Positions 10,332 to 20,139 of a DNA stretch of 64,000 nt are shown piece by piece. Source of the stretch: an uncultured Verrucomicrobiae bacterium (GTDB lineage Bacteria > Chlamydiota > Chlamydiia > Chlamydiales > Rhabdochlamydiaceae). The number at the start of each line of letters is the position of its first letter. Position 1 is the first letter of the stretch. The notes under the pieces were generated by a model that saw only the letters and a program-made list of their open reading frames with translations, searched no databases and was not told the origin of the DNA. The stretch is from assembly GCA_963806855.1 (NCBI GenBank), contig CAWDYW010000001.1, positions 1,248,001 through 1,312,000 of the forward strand. Reading direction: 5' to 3'. The position numbers and the translations under genes were made by a program.

Positions 10332-11219
10332 TCATCCCTTTTTTTTGGATAGTTGCAGGAGGTCGATGATTGGAGTAATATCATCATCAACATCTAAGGT
10401 GGGAACTAGCATTCGACGGGTTCCAGGCTTAGAACCCTCCTCAAGTTCTTTACCATAGTCTTCTAGGGTTAGCAGTTCGAAACTGAGGCTTGGATTATTA
10501 AAAAGGCTGGGGGCGCTTAGCGGGAATAGAAGTTTTTGTGATTCTATACATCCTGAGTTAACTGCACAAACTAGTGGAGTGTTACCGTCGGCATCGACTA
10601 TATTAGCATCAGCTTTATTATCCAGAAGAGTTCTAACAACCTCTGGGCGACCTTTTGAGGCAGCATAATGGAGGGCTGTTTTACCATCGGCATTTTTCAT
10701 GTTTGGATCAGCCCCATGCTGAAGACTTAAATTAACAGAATCATTCAGACCTCTCTCAGCTGCTCTTATTAAATGGGTAGACTCCTTCAAATGAGATATG
10801 ATCATTCTTTTAATGTTAGGGGATTTACTAGCAACATCAAGAACTTTTTGAGAAATACATAGAATATCTGAGCTTAATAGAATAATTAATTGTTCTAGTT
10901 TTCCTAATATAACGAATCTTATAAAATGATTTGCTGTAATGTCCAAAAAGATTTCATTTATAAATAATGCTCGACTCCAGTTTTTTTGCTCGACTGCCCT
11001 TTTGCGGACAAGGTATAGAAATTCATCACGTTCTGTGGAAAGTTCATTTGCAAGATTTGTTTTTGGGAAATTTGTGGCAGCCACCCTTATTAGCGTGTTG
11101 AATCTATCAAGTGTATTGCGCAGTTCTTTGTCGCTAATATGATTCCCATTTTTCGGCGCAACTGCTGCAGATGGAGGACTTGAATTAGGCAGGTTGGTGG
11201 CCCTTGTGACGGTACTCAT
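10332..11219 (-). CDS. ankyrin-repeat protein (candidate secreted effector)
   Basis: GKTALHYAASKG and GNTPLVCA ankyrin motifs; Ser/Pro-rich N-terminus; AGAGG SD before ATG at 11219. Confidence 0.85.
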   Translation of the reverse strand: MSTVTRATNLPNSSPPSAAVAPKNGNHISDKELRNTLDRFNTLIRVAATNFPKTNLANELSTERDEFLYLVRKRAVEQKNWSRALFINEIFLDITANHFIRFVILGKLEQLIILLSSDILCISQKVLDVASKSPNIKRMIISHLKESTHLIRAAERGLNDSVNLSLQHGADPNMKNADGKTALHYAASKGRPEVVRTLLDNKADANIVDADGNTPLVCAVNSGCIESQKLLFPLSAPSLFNNPSLSFELLTLEDYGKELEEGSKPGTRRMLVPTLDVDDDITPIIDLLQLSKKKG

Positions 11220-11397
11220 TTTTGACCTCTTTATAGCTATTGAGCAAACCATTATAACACATTTATTCGTATTAAAAAAGTTAAAAATATTCAAAGTTAT
11301 AGATAAATATCAGCTTAAATATACTGAGCCGATGGGCTTATTATGTGGGTCCAAATTCACACTTTTGGGCGAGTCGGGGTATAGCTGTTGTGCTCTC

Positions 11398-12549
11398 TCA
11401 TTCTTTTCGTTGGGGTGGCAGGAAGTTGTAGGGTAGAGGAAAATCTAAGGTCGTAGGTGGCAATTGAGGGTCTCTTAAATCAAGTTGTCTATTATATTCT
11501 TCTTGGTCTAACACTTCTACCTTGAGGTTTGGATTAGTAAAAAGGTCATCCATGTTGGTAAATGGCAATAGAAGGTTTTGTGATTCTTTACATCCTGACT
11601 CAAGTGCACAAATTAGTGGAGTGATACCTTTGGCATCGGCTATATTCGGATCAGCTTTATTATCCAAAAGAGTTCTAATAACCTCTGGGCGACCCTTTGT
11701 GGCAGCATAATGGAGGGCTGTTATACCAATGGCATTTTTCATGTTTGGATCAGCCTCATGCTGAAGACTTAAATTAACACAATCATTCAGACCTCTTTCA
11801 GCTGCTCTTATTAAGTGGGTAGACTCCTTCAAATTGGATATGAATATTTCTTGAATGGCAGGGGATTCACTAGCAACATCAAGAACTTTTGGTGAAATAC
11901 ATAGATTATCTGTGTATAACAGATATTTTAATTGCCCAATGTATTTTAATTTAATTAATCTTATAAAGTGATTTGTTGTAATTTCCAAAAATATTTTATT
12001 TACAAACAATTCTCGATTCCAGTTTTTTTGCTTGACTGCCTTTTCGCGGACAAGGTGTAGAAAATCATCTCGGTCTTCGGCAAGTTGATTTGCAAGATTG
12101 CTCCCTGAAAATTTTTCGGCAGCCACCCTTATTAGGCTGTTAAATCTAATAAGTGTTTGGCTTAGTTCTGCGTCGCTAACATGATCGCCATTTTTCGCCT
12201 CATTTTGGGAAGGTGATCTTAGCAAAAAGTGATTTGGTGAAATATCCAAAAAGATTTTATTTATAAGTGATACTCGATCCCAGTTTTTTTGCTCGACTGC
12301 CTTTTCGCGGACTTGTTGTAGAAATTTATCTCGGTTAAACGAAAGTTGATCTGCAAGATCTGTGTCTGGATATTTTTTGGCAGCCACCATGATTTGCGTT
12401 TTAAATGTATCAATTGTTTTGTGTAGTTCCGTGTCGCTAATTTGATTCCCATTTTCCGGTTTATTTTTGGATGTTGAACTTTTTCGCTCAACTGCTGCAG
12501 ATGGAGGACTTGAATCAGACCTGTTGGTGGCCCTTGTGACGGCACTCAT
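11398..12549 (-). CDS. ankyrin-repeat protein, paralog with duplicated N-terminal domain
   Basis: GITALHYAATKG and GITPLICA motifs; close similarity to the neighbouring gene. Confidence 0.85.
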   Translation of the reverse strand: MSAVTRATNRSDSSPPSAAVERKSSTSKNKPENGNQISDTELHKTIDTFKTQIMVAAKKYPDTDLADQLSFNRDKFLQQVREKAVEQKNWDRVSLINKIFLDISPNHFLLRSPSQNEAKNGDHVSDAELSQTLIRFNSLIRVAAEKFSGSNLANQLAEDRDDFLHLVREKAVKQKNWNRELFVNKIFLEITTNHFIRLIKLKYIGQLKYLLYTDNLCISPKVLDVASESPAIQEIFISNLKESTHLIRAAERGLNDCVNLSLQHEADPNMKNAIGITALHYAATKGRPEVIRTLLDNKADPNIADAKGITPLICALESGCKESQNLLLPFTNMDDLFTNPNLKVEVLDQEEYNRQLDLRDPQLPPTTLDFPLPYNFLPPQRKE

Positions 12550-12766
12550 TTTTGACCTCTTTATGGTTTTTGAACCAATCATTATAACACATTTATTCTT
12601 TTTAAAGCAGTTAAAAACACAAAATTTAAAAAATCAATTTGCATGTAAATCTATAGATAAAAGCTACCTAAAAGATGGAAGAATCGCTTTTCGTCTTCGA
12701 TCGAATAACAACGTTGACGAATCAGCCGATTTTCGATAAAGTTGTGGCTTTAGACAGTGAGGTTAT

Positions 12767-13861
12767 ATGAAAGTAAAAATACTACGCGCCGACTTCGTCA
12801 GGCTTATTGGCAAAATTCAAAGCATCGTCCCCGTCAAAGCATCGATTCCCATCTTGGCAAACGTGCTCATTGAAGCGGAAAACGATCAGCTGATCATTAG
12901 CGCAACTGATTTGACAGTCAGTATGCGGGTGTTCGGCCAGGCGGAGGTGCTGCAGGCTGGGGCTATTACTCTGCCGGCTAAGAGACTTTTCCAATTGGTG
13001 CGGGAGCTGACGACGCCCGAAATTGTCATCGAAACAACTTCCCCAGAAGTGGCGGTGATTCATGCGGGCAGCTCCAATTTCCGCATTCAGGGGATGCACG
13101 AGTCGGAATTCCCCTCTTTGCCCGATCTGTCGGAAGGCTATCAGCTGATGTTCAAGTCAGAGGCATTGAAGGAGATGTTGCTCCGTACCGCATTTGCTGC
13201 GGCGCGGGACGATTCTAGACAGGTGCTCAACGGGGTATTGTTGCAGAAGGTGAACCATTTGGCCACGTTTATCGGGACCGATGGGAAGCGGCTTGCACGC
13301 AATCGTGTGGAAATTGAGACCGATTCTGCCGATGCGGGCAATTATATCCTCCCGATCAAGGCGGTCGAAGAGATCATCAAAATCGCCGATGGGGAAAGTG
13401 TGAAACTGGTGCTCATGCCAGAGAAGTTGGCGATCGAAACCGATGCGGCCGTTCTCATCACGAAGCTGATTGCAGGGCAATATCCGGATGTCACGCGGGT
13501 CATCCCTCAGAAATCGGAGAATATGATCACCCTTCACCGCGATGAGTTGATTGCGCTGCTACGGCAGGTTTCGCTGTTCACCTCGGAAGAGAGCAATTCG
13601 GTTCGTTTCTCTTTTGCAGAAGGGGCGCTCCATTTAACTGCCACAAATGGCAGCGTTGGAGAAGGCAAAGTCAGCATGCCGGTCAATTACAGCGGACCTA
13701 AACTGGAAATCGCCTTTAATCCTCACTACTTCCTCGATATCTTGCGCCATGTCAAAGATGAGACGGTTCAGTTTGAGGTGTCCGATTCCTATAATCCTGG
13801 ATTGGTTACCGATTCCTCAAAGGCTGAATTTGTGATCATGCCGATGCGTCTAGACAACTAA
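12767..13861 (+). CDS. dnaN: DNA polymerase III beta clamp
   Basis: SATDL, TDGKRLA and VIMPMRL motifs. Confidence 0.97.
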   Translation: MKVKILRADFVRLIGKIQSIVPVKASIPILANVLIEAENDQLIISATDLTVSMRVFGQAEVLQAGAITLPAKRLFQLVRELTTPEIVIETTSPEVAVIHAGSSNFRIQGMHESEFPSLPDLSEGYQLMFKSEALKEMLLRTAFAAARDDSRQVLNGVLLQKVNHLATFIGTDGKRLARNRVEIETDSADAGNYILPIKAVEEIIKIADGESVKLVLMPEKLAIETDAAVLITKLIAGQYPDVTRVIPQKSENMITLHRDELIALLRQVSLFTSEESNSVRFSFAEGALHLTATNGSVGEGKVSMPVNYSGPKLEIAFNPHYFLDILRHVKDETVQFEVSDSYNPGLVTDSSKAEFVIMPMRLDN

Positions 13862-14904
13862 TGTGGGTTAAGAAGCTCTATCTACACCACTTTCGCAACT
13901 ACACGCAGGCGGAGGTCCATTTTTCTCCAGGAGTCAATTGGATTACAGGGAAAAATGGGCAGGGAAAGACCAATTTGCTCGAGGCGCTCTATTTGCTTAG
14001 CACAGGAAGGTCTTTTCGGACGCCTCAGCTGGGACAATTAATCCAGAAAGGGGCCCCGTTTTTTTACATCGAAGCGGAAATTGAAAAAGAGGGAGTCACC
14101 CAAACTCTTAAGCTCTCTTTCGATGGTGAGAACAAGAAAGTGCAGCACAATGCGAGCACTTATGCCCATTTCGCTCCCCTCATCGGTCTATTGCCCCATG
14201 TGCTCTATGCACCAGAGGACATCGCTTTGGTCGCGGGAATCCCCCTGTATCGGCGCAAATTTCTCGATCTCCATTTGGCGCAGTTTGATCCCCTCTATTT
14301 GCATCATCTGGCTCGGTATCACAAGGCTCTGCGGCAACGCAATGAGCTGCTCAAAAGCAGGAGCGAAGTGGCGATCGACCCCTGGGAAGAGATGATGATG
14401 CAGAGCGCCCAGTATCTGATAGAAAAACGGGCGCTGATGATTGAAGAGCTGCAACATCCCCTAAAGGAGAGTGTCAAGTCGCTGTCGCACGGTGCCGATA
14501 CGATTGGGATCTGTTACAAGAGTTCTACGCCAGAATGGCAAAAAAATCGGAAAAGGGAGCTCCATATTGGCACGACGCTCAGTGGACCCCATCGGGATGA
14601 TGTCCACTTTGAGATCCAGGGACTATCGGCAAAATCGTTCGCCAGTGAAGGGCAAAAACATTCGATTATCGCTGCGCTCCGCCTTTGCCAGTGGGATCAT
14701 CTCTATGAGCAGACAGGCTCCCCTCCGCTGATGAGCATAGACGATTTTGGCGCTCACCTCGATCAAGGGCGCCAGGCCAAATTTCAAGAGCAACTGAAGG
14801 GGCAAATTTTTTTGACAAGCCCTAATGAATCGCCTGAGATTTTCCCAAATAAACAAATCGTAGAAGTGAGTTTAGGTCAGGTGTCGCATATAGGCAGCAC
14901 CTAG
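13861..14904 (+). CDS. recF: DNA replication/repair protein RecF
   Basis: FRNY, GKNGQGKTN, GPHRDD and SEGQ motifs. Confidence 0.96.
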   Translation: MWVKKLYLHHFRNYTQAEVHFSPGVNWITGKNGQGKTNLLEALYLLSTGRSFRTPQLGQLIQKGAPFFYIEAEIEKEGVTQTLKLSFDGENKKVQHNASTYAHFAPLIGLLPHVLYAPEDIALVAGIPLYRRKFLDLHLAQFDPLYLHHLARYHKALRQRNELLKSRSEVAIDPWEEMMMQSAQYLIEKRALMIEELQHPLKESVKSLSHGADTIGICYKSSTPEWQKNRKRELHIGTTLSGPHRDDVHFEIQGLSAKSFASEGQKHSIIAALRLCQWDHLYEQTGSPPLMSIDDFGAHLDQGRQAKFQEQLKGQIFLTSPNESPEIFPNKQIVEVSLGQVSHIGST

Positions 14905-16452
14905 AGGAAATGCCTTTTCATCGACTGGCTTACCTTCACGCACTGTGGCGAATTGCTCGATCATTTTCAAGGCGAGCACTTTGCCCAGTTGAACCCCTTC
15001 TTGGTCGAAGGAATTGATGTTCCAGATGAATCCCTGGAAGGCCACTTTATGCTCATAATAGGCCAGTAACGCGCCAAGGGTATAGGGATCGAGCCGGTTT
15101 CCAAGCAAGAGCGAGTTAGGCCGGTTGCCCTCAAAATCTTTATTCGGATTGTCATTTTTCTGTCCGACCGCAAGGCCGATTGATTGGGCGATCAGATTCG
15201 AAAGCAATTTCTCTTGGCAGGTGGTCCCTTGAAACTTCACATCGGCATTGTATTGGCTGCTGACAAAGCCGATAAACTCAAGCGGAACAATCGTCGTTCC
15301 TTGATGGATCAATTGATAGAATGAGTGCTGCCCGTTGGTGCCAGGTTCTCCCCAAATGATCGGCCCAGTCTCAAATTGGACGCGGCTCCCCTCTTTATCG
15401 ATATGTTTGCCATTCGACTCCATATCGAGCTGCTGCAGATGGGCTGGAAAGCGGGAGAGGGCTTGTGAATAAGGAATGATCGCGACGGTCGCATGATCAA
15501 GGAAGTTTCGGTTCCAAATACCAAAAAGGGCACTGAGAAGAGGGAGATTTGCTTTTGGATCTTTGGTTTTGGCTAACTTGTCCATCGCAGAGGCGCCGCG
15601 CAAGAAATCGAGATAGCGGTCCATTCCGAAGGCAAATGCAAGGGTGACACCTCCGACCATCGAGGTAGCCGAGTAGCGTCCTCCCACGTAGTCCCAGATG
15701 TAAAAAGATTGCAAGTAGCGGGTGGGGTCATCCATCGGACTCCCCTTTCCTGTGACAGCGACCAGGTGCTGCTGCGGATTGAGGCCAGCTTTCTTCAATT
15801 TCTCAACGACATAGGCCTCATTGGTCATTGTTTCAAGGGTCGAGCCCGATTTCGAAACGACGACAAAAAGGGTTTTGGAGAGTTCGACCTGCTCCAATAC
15901 AGCTGCAGCGTCGTCAGGATCGACATTTGAAATAAAATGGATTACCCGCTCCGATTTTTGATATCCCTTTAGCCCTAAGTAAATCGCTCTGGGGCCGAGA
16001 TCAGACCCCCCGATGCCGATTTGCACTAGATAGGTAAACCGATCGCCGATCTCGCTCAAAAACGCTTTGAGTTTTTCGCACTCCTCATAAGCTAAATCGG
16101 TCGCTTCGCGCGCTTTTAGAGCGGTCTCTCGATGATCAAAAAAATCGCGCATCGCAGTGTGCAATGCCGGGCGGTTTTCACTTGGGAATCCCTCAATTTT
16201 ATTGACCACCTCCCCCGCTTGCATCGACAACATTTTCTCGACCGCTTGGGTCTCTTCAGCCAATTCGAAGAGGGCATCGAGCACCTCCTCATCGATCCTT
16301 TCGGAGGAATAAAAAAGTTTAAGCCCTAACCCTTCGGCCTTCATTTGGTCGATCCGCTTGGGGGTCACCACCCCTTTTTTAGTCAGGTCGACCGGATTTG
16401 CTACGAGAGATTTAAGTTTCTGATAGGAAGAAAGTTCTATAAATTTTTTCAT
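14872..16452 (-). CDS. pgi: glucose-6-phosphate isomerase
   Basis: GIGGSDLG, SKSGSTLET, VGGRYS, MESNGK and FDQEGVQLGK motifs. Confidence 0.97.
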   Translation of the reverse strand: MKKFIELSSYQKLKSLVANPVDLTKKGVVTPKRIDQMKAEGLGLKLFYSSERIDEEVLDALFELAEETQAVEKMLSMQAGEVVNKIEGFPSENRPALHTAMRDFFDHRETALKAREATDLAYEECEKLKAFLSEIGDRFTYLVQIGIGGSDLGPRAIYLGLKGYQKSERVIHFISNVDPDDAAAVLEQVELSKTLFVVVSKSGSTLETMTNEAYVVEKLKKAGLNPQQHLVAVTGKGSPMDDPTRYLQSFYIWDYVGGRYSATSMVGGVTLAFAFGMDRYLDFLRGASAMDKLAKTKDPKANLPLLSALFGIWNRNFLDHATVAIIPYSQALSRFPAHLQQLDMESNGKHIDKEGSRVQFETGPIIWGEPGTNGQHSFYQLIHQGTTIVPLEFIGFVSSQYNADVKFQGTTCQEKLLSNLIAQSIGLAVGQKNDNPNKDFEGNRPNSLLLGNRLDPYTLGALLAYYEHKVAFQGFIWNINSFDQEGVQLGKVLALKMIEQFATVREGKPVDEKAFPLGAAYMRHLT

Positions 16453-16516
16453 ACTCCACACAATCGCACAAAGCTCTTTTTTTTAAAAGCCAAAGGTTAT
16501 ATACTTATCGGCAGAA

Positions 16517-16591
16517 CGGAGTATAGCGCAGTTTGGCTAGCGCAACTGCTTTGGGAGCAGTGGGTCGGGGGTTCAAATCCCTCTACTCCGA
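16517..16591 (+). tRNA. tRNA-Pro(TGG)
   Basis: CGGAGTATAGCGCAG...ACTGC-TTTGGGA-GCAGT...GTTCAAATC...TACTCCGA. Confidence 0.95.
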
Positions 16592-17331
16592 AACTCATCG
16601 AGAGAGGTTTCATTTGCGAAATCAAGTGGGCCTCTCGTCGAGACAATCAGACCGCCTGCCGCATCAAATCCGCAAAGCATCCGCTTACCTGCTGGCCCTA
16701 AAGATTCGGGGTCAACGACGATCGCATCCACCTCATCCCAGTGCTCATTGAGCAACTCTTCGGGAATGCATTTATAGTCTTTTAACTCACTGAGGAGCGG
16801 CGCAAATGCGCTGGCTCGATATTTCTGATCCTGAGGAAGAGAGATGATGACATTCGCCTCCCCTTCGATTGGAAGAGGGATATTGGAGAAAATCAATTGA
16901 AAATGTTCGAAACGCCGTTTGCAGAAAAGGAGCATTAAATCGGCGATTTTTTCTTTACCATTAATATCGACCATAATCATTGGAGTGGTCTCTTCAGGAA
17001 GAGCTGAGGCAAGTCGATGGAGATACTCGGAAAAGAGCCCTGCACAGAATAATTCATGCTCGATCCCTGACTCATCGCTCCGCTCCTCCATTTTTTCGGT
17101 GGGTGATAAGACCTTGGAAAATTCTCCATCGGTTCGAGCTAACACCACTTTTTTTGCATGAGGAAAACGTCTGGCAAACTCCTCGATTGCGAGCATGTGG
17201 GAATTAAACGTGGCCGTATCAAAAGGATTCAGGGTTTTCCATCCAAAATCGAGATAGAAAATCCCCTTTTGATCGGTGTCGATCTCCCAGTCTAGATTGC
17301 TTGTAGGATCTGCTGCCAAAGTGATTAACAT
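16573..17331 (-). CDS. hypothetical protein (stop codon lies within tRNA-Pro on the opposite strand)
   Basis: ORF coupled to the trmB stop; likely start MLITLAAD. Confidence 0.7.
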   Translation of the reverse strand: MLITLAADPTSNLDWEIDTDQKGIFYLDFGWKTLNPFDTATFNSHMLAIEEFARRFPHAKKVVLARTDGEFSKVLSPTEKMEERSDESGIEHELFCAGLFSEYLHRLASALPEETTPMIMVDINGKEKIADLMLLFCKRRFEHFQLIFSNIPLPIEGEANVIISLPQDQKYRASAFAPLLSELKDYKCIPEELLNEHWDEVDAIVVDPESLGPAGKRMLCGFDAAGGLIVSTRGPLDFANETSLDEFRSRGI

Positions 17332-17990
17332 AGTTTTCTCGCAAATTGAATATAGAAAAATTCTCGCCCCTTGCCTTCCCACAGATTTTTGAACCAGGAA
17401 TCTCCGTAGTCTTCCCATTGCTTGACATAGAATGGGTCTGGATGGCAGTTGTTCCAACTCGGATGGGAATGCATCTCTGTCACCATTTGGGCGCAATAGG
17501 TGGGGTCATCTGTCGCATAGGTAGCTTTGCCAGCAGGCTTCACAATGCGGGCGAGCTCGTCGACAAATTCTCTTTGGATCAAACGGTGCTTTGCATGCCG
17601 CTCTTTTGGCCAAGGGTCGGGGAAATTGACAAAGATTTCTGCGGCGCACCCCTCTGGCAAATAGTAGCGGACAAACTCTTGGGCCTTTCCAGAGACAATT
17701 AAAAGATTAGAGACATTTTGATTGTGCATCTTTGACCAGATCTTTTGCACCCGCTCGAATTGCATCTCCACAGCAACCCACTGCTGCGTCGGATTCTGCC
17801 GAGCTTTTTCGAGCACCCAGTCCCCGTTCCCCGAGCAAAATTCAATATGGAGCTCTTTTGAAAAAAGGCCATGCTCATCTTTCCATTCATCATGCAGCGC
17901 ATAATAATGGGGCACGATAAAGACCCCCTCATGAAGGATCGGGCGGCGAGATTCCCAGGTAAAGGGAAATTTTAAATTTTTTGGTCGCAT
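17325..17990 (-). CDS. trmB: tRNA (guanine-N7)-methyltransferase
   Basis: EFCSGNG, NFPDPWPKERHAKHRL and ATDD motifs. Confidence 0.95.
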   Translation of the reverse strand: MRPKNLKFPFTWESRRPILHEGVFIVPHYYALHDEWKDEHGLFSKELHIEFCSGNGDWVLEKARQNPTQQWVAVEMQFERVQKIWSKMHNQNVSNLLIVSGKAQEFVRYYLPEGCAAEIFVNFPDPWPKERHAKHRLIQREFVDELARIVKPAGKATYATDDPTYCAQMVTEMHSHPSWNNCHPDPFYVKQWEDYGDSWFKNLWEGKGREFFYIQFARKLC

Positions 17991-18076
17991 AGGAGGGTAT
18001 TATACTCCGTGGAGAGAATTAGTTGAAGAATTTCTACGATTGTTGCTAAGGTAAATATTTAACCATGAGGTAACCC

Positions 18077-19102
18077 ATGAGATGGTTCTTTCTATCCCTT
18101 CTCCTAGCTGTTGGAAATATCCAGACTTTTGCCAATGATGGGGCGCTGGCAGAGATGTACGCAGAGGAAGATGAACTCCTCGCCCTTGACCGGGAAATCG
18201 AGGCCCTCCTTGAGGATGATGTCCTTAGCGATGAAGATTCTGTCGATCAGCTCGATGAGATTGCCCTGAAGACAACAACTTGTGAGCCTATTAGAGAAAG
18301 CAAGCCCCTTCCGTTGCAATACAAGCCTGCGGCACTACCTATCAAAGAGAAAGAAAAAGAGTCGATCGCTGTTCAGGTGGATAAGTCGATTGCCGAGACT
18401 GAAAAAATGGTGATTAGCGTCTCGAATCCGATCGAAGTTGCCAAAGAAGAAACCGCAAAGTCGATCCAGACCATTGAAATCAACCTTAGAGAGGTCTTTG
18501 CTGGGGCTCCCATCATCTACACGATCCTCTTCCTCCTCTCCTCAGTCTCCCTCTGCGTGTGGCTCTATAGCATGCTGACGATCCGCCCAGTGGAATTTTT
18601 GCCTCCTAAACTCGTCAAAGATATCCGGACTAAATTGATCAGCAACCAATTTGATGAAGCCCTCGATTTGTGCGTAAAGCAAAAACACTTTTTCTGCAAA
18701 ATGCTCGCCTCAGGCATCCTGGCCCGTAAGCATGGCCTAAACGTGATGATCGACACGATGAAAGCTGAAGGGAAACGCTCCACCGTCACCTTTTGGCAAC
18801 GGATCGGCATCCTCAACGAAATTGCAATTATCGCTCCGATGCTTGGCCTCCTCGGGACCGTTCTCGGCATGTTTTACGCCTTTTACGATCTCAACCGCTC
18901 AATGGAAAGCGTCTCGCTCCTCTTTGACGGCCTGGGAGTTTCCGTTGGGACAACTGTAGCGGGGCTCGTCGTCGCCATTTTAGCTATGGTCCTCTACGCG
19001 ATTGCCAAATATCGACTTGTCCGCATTTTGGCAAGCGTCGAAACAGAGGCCCAAACCTTTGCCACGCTCATCGATACTTGCGGCTCTAACGAGAGGCTCT
19101 GA
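18077..19102 (+). CDS. exbB: MotA/TolQ/ExbB proton channel protein with N-terminal extension
   Basis: APMLGLLGTVLGM and TTVAGLVVAI motifs. Confidence 0.9.
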   Translation: MRWFFLSLLLAVGNIQTFANDGALAEMYAEEDELLALDREIEALLEDDVLSDEDSVDQLDEIALKTTTCEPIRESKPLPLQYKPAALPIKEKEKESIAVQVDKSIAETEKMVISVSNPIEVAKEETAKSIQTIEINLREVFAGAPIIYTILFLLSSVSLCVWLYSMLTIRPVEFLPPKLVKDIRTKLISNQFDEALDLCVKQKHFFCKMLASGILARKHGLNVMIDTMKAEGKRSTVTFWQRIGILNEIAIIAPMLGLLGTVLGMFYAFYDLNRSMESVSLLFDGLGVSVGTTVAGLVVAILAMVLYAIAKYRLVRILASVETEAQTFATLIDTCGSNERL

Positions 19103-19555
19103 ATGATTCCAGAAGATGAGCTCAAAGCAACCCGTTCACTGAACCTAGCTCCGATGGTCGATTTCCTCTTCCTCATCTTAGCAGTCTTTGCTGTGCTCGC
19201 GATCACCCGGACTGCGCTCTATGACTGTGAAGTCAACCTAGTGAAAATGGACTCCAAAACCCCTCCGCCGAGTTTTTTAGAAACTCAGGCAGGTTACACC
19301 ATACTTCTTAGCATCAGCGACCAAGGGCAATACAAATGGGTCACAGAATTCAATGAATTTTTATTAGATGGTGTTGCCGCCGTGAAGGCCGAGCTGCTGA
19401 GACAAGAAGCATTGGGCCTCCTTCCTGCGGATAAAGAGAAGACCAAGGTGCTGCTCCATATCGACAAAGATGCCAATTGGGAGTCGATTGCCAAAGTCAT
19501 TTTTGCAATCAGAGAGACCGGCTACCAAATCAGCCCCGTCTACTGCCCTGAATAG
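19103..19555 (+). CDS. exbD: ExbD/TolR family protein
   Basis: NLAPMVDFLFLIL motif. Confidence 0.9.
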   Translation: MIPEDELKATRSLNLAPMVDFLFLILAVFAVLAITRTALYDCEVNLVKMDSKTPPPSFLETQAGYTILLSISDQGQYKWVTEFNEFLLDGVAAVKAELLRQEALGLLPADKEKTKVLLHIDKDANWESIAKVIFAIRETGYQISPVYCPE

Positions 19556-19610
19556 AATAGTTATTGACGAAAAGCGTTTTTGCGCAGCATACTAGATAAT
19601 GTTTCGCATC

Positions 19611-19692
19611 GCCCAGGTGGTGAAATTGGTAGACACGCCAGACTTAGGATCTGGTGCCGCAAGGCATGGAAGTTCGAGTCTTCTCCTGGGCA
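19611..19692 (+). tRNA. tRNA-Leu(TAG)
   Basis: GCCCAGGTGGTGAAATTGGTAGAC...CCAGA-CTTAGGA-TCTGG with long variable arm. Confidence 0.95.
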
Positions 19693-19695
19693 ATT

Positions 19696-20139
19696 ATGGC
19701 TGATCACGCATGTCGTTGTCATAGTGGAAAACCTTATAGCGAATGCTGCAAGCCTTTTCATGAAGGGGCGTTAGCTAGAAATGCGCTCGAGCTCATGCGC
19801 TCCCGTTATAGCGCCTATGCCCTAAACTTACCCGATTACATCATCAAAACGACCCACTCATCAAATCCTCAGTACTCCCCCGACTACGAAGTCTGGAAGG
19901 AGTCGATCTCCTACTTCTCCAAAGAGACAAATTTTACTGGACTCATCATTCACGAATTTAAAGAAAAAGGTCACGAAGCCTCGGTCACTTTCACTGCAAA
20001 TCTTTCACAAAACAAGCGCGACGCCTCATTTACCGAAAATAGCTATTTCGAGAAGGTAGGCGGGGGGTGGTATTATTCAGCTGGGAATAATGCTAAGAAC
20101 TTAGAGGAGCTTCGCGCGAATAAATTTGAATGGTTTTGA
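19696..20139 (+). CDS. YchJ/SEC-C motif protein (UPF0225)
   Basis: CxCHSGKPYSECC, LMRSRYSAY, ENSYF and WYY motifs. Confidence 0.88.
   Translation: MADHACRCHSGKPYSECCKPFHEGALARNALELMRSRYSAYALNLPDYIIKTTHSSNPQYSPDYEVWKESISYFSKETNFTGLIIHEFKEKGHEASVTFTANLSQNKRDASFTENSYFEKVGGGWYYSAGNNAKNLEELRANKFEWF

Noticed and set aside
10324..12766. tmRNA next to smpB
   Set aside because: I saw no tRNA-like ends or tag reading frame; the interval is filled by ankyrin genes.
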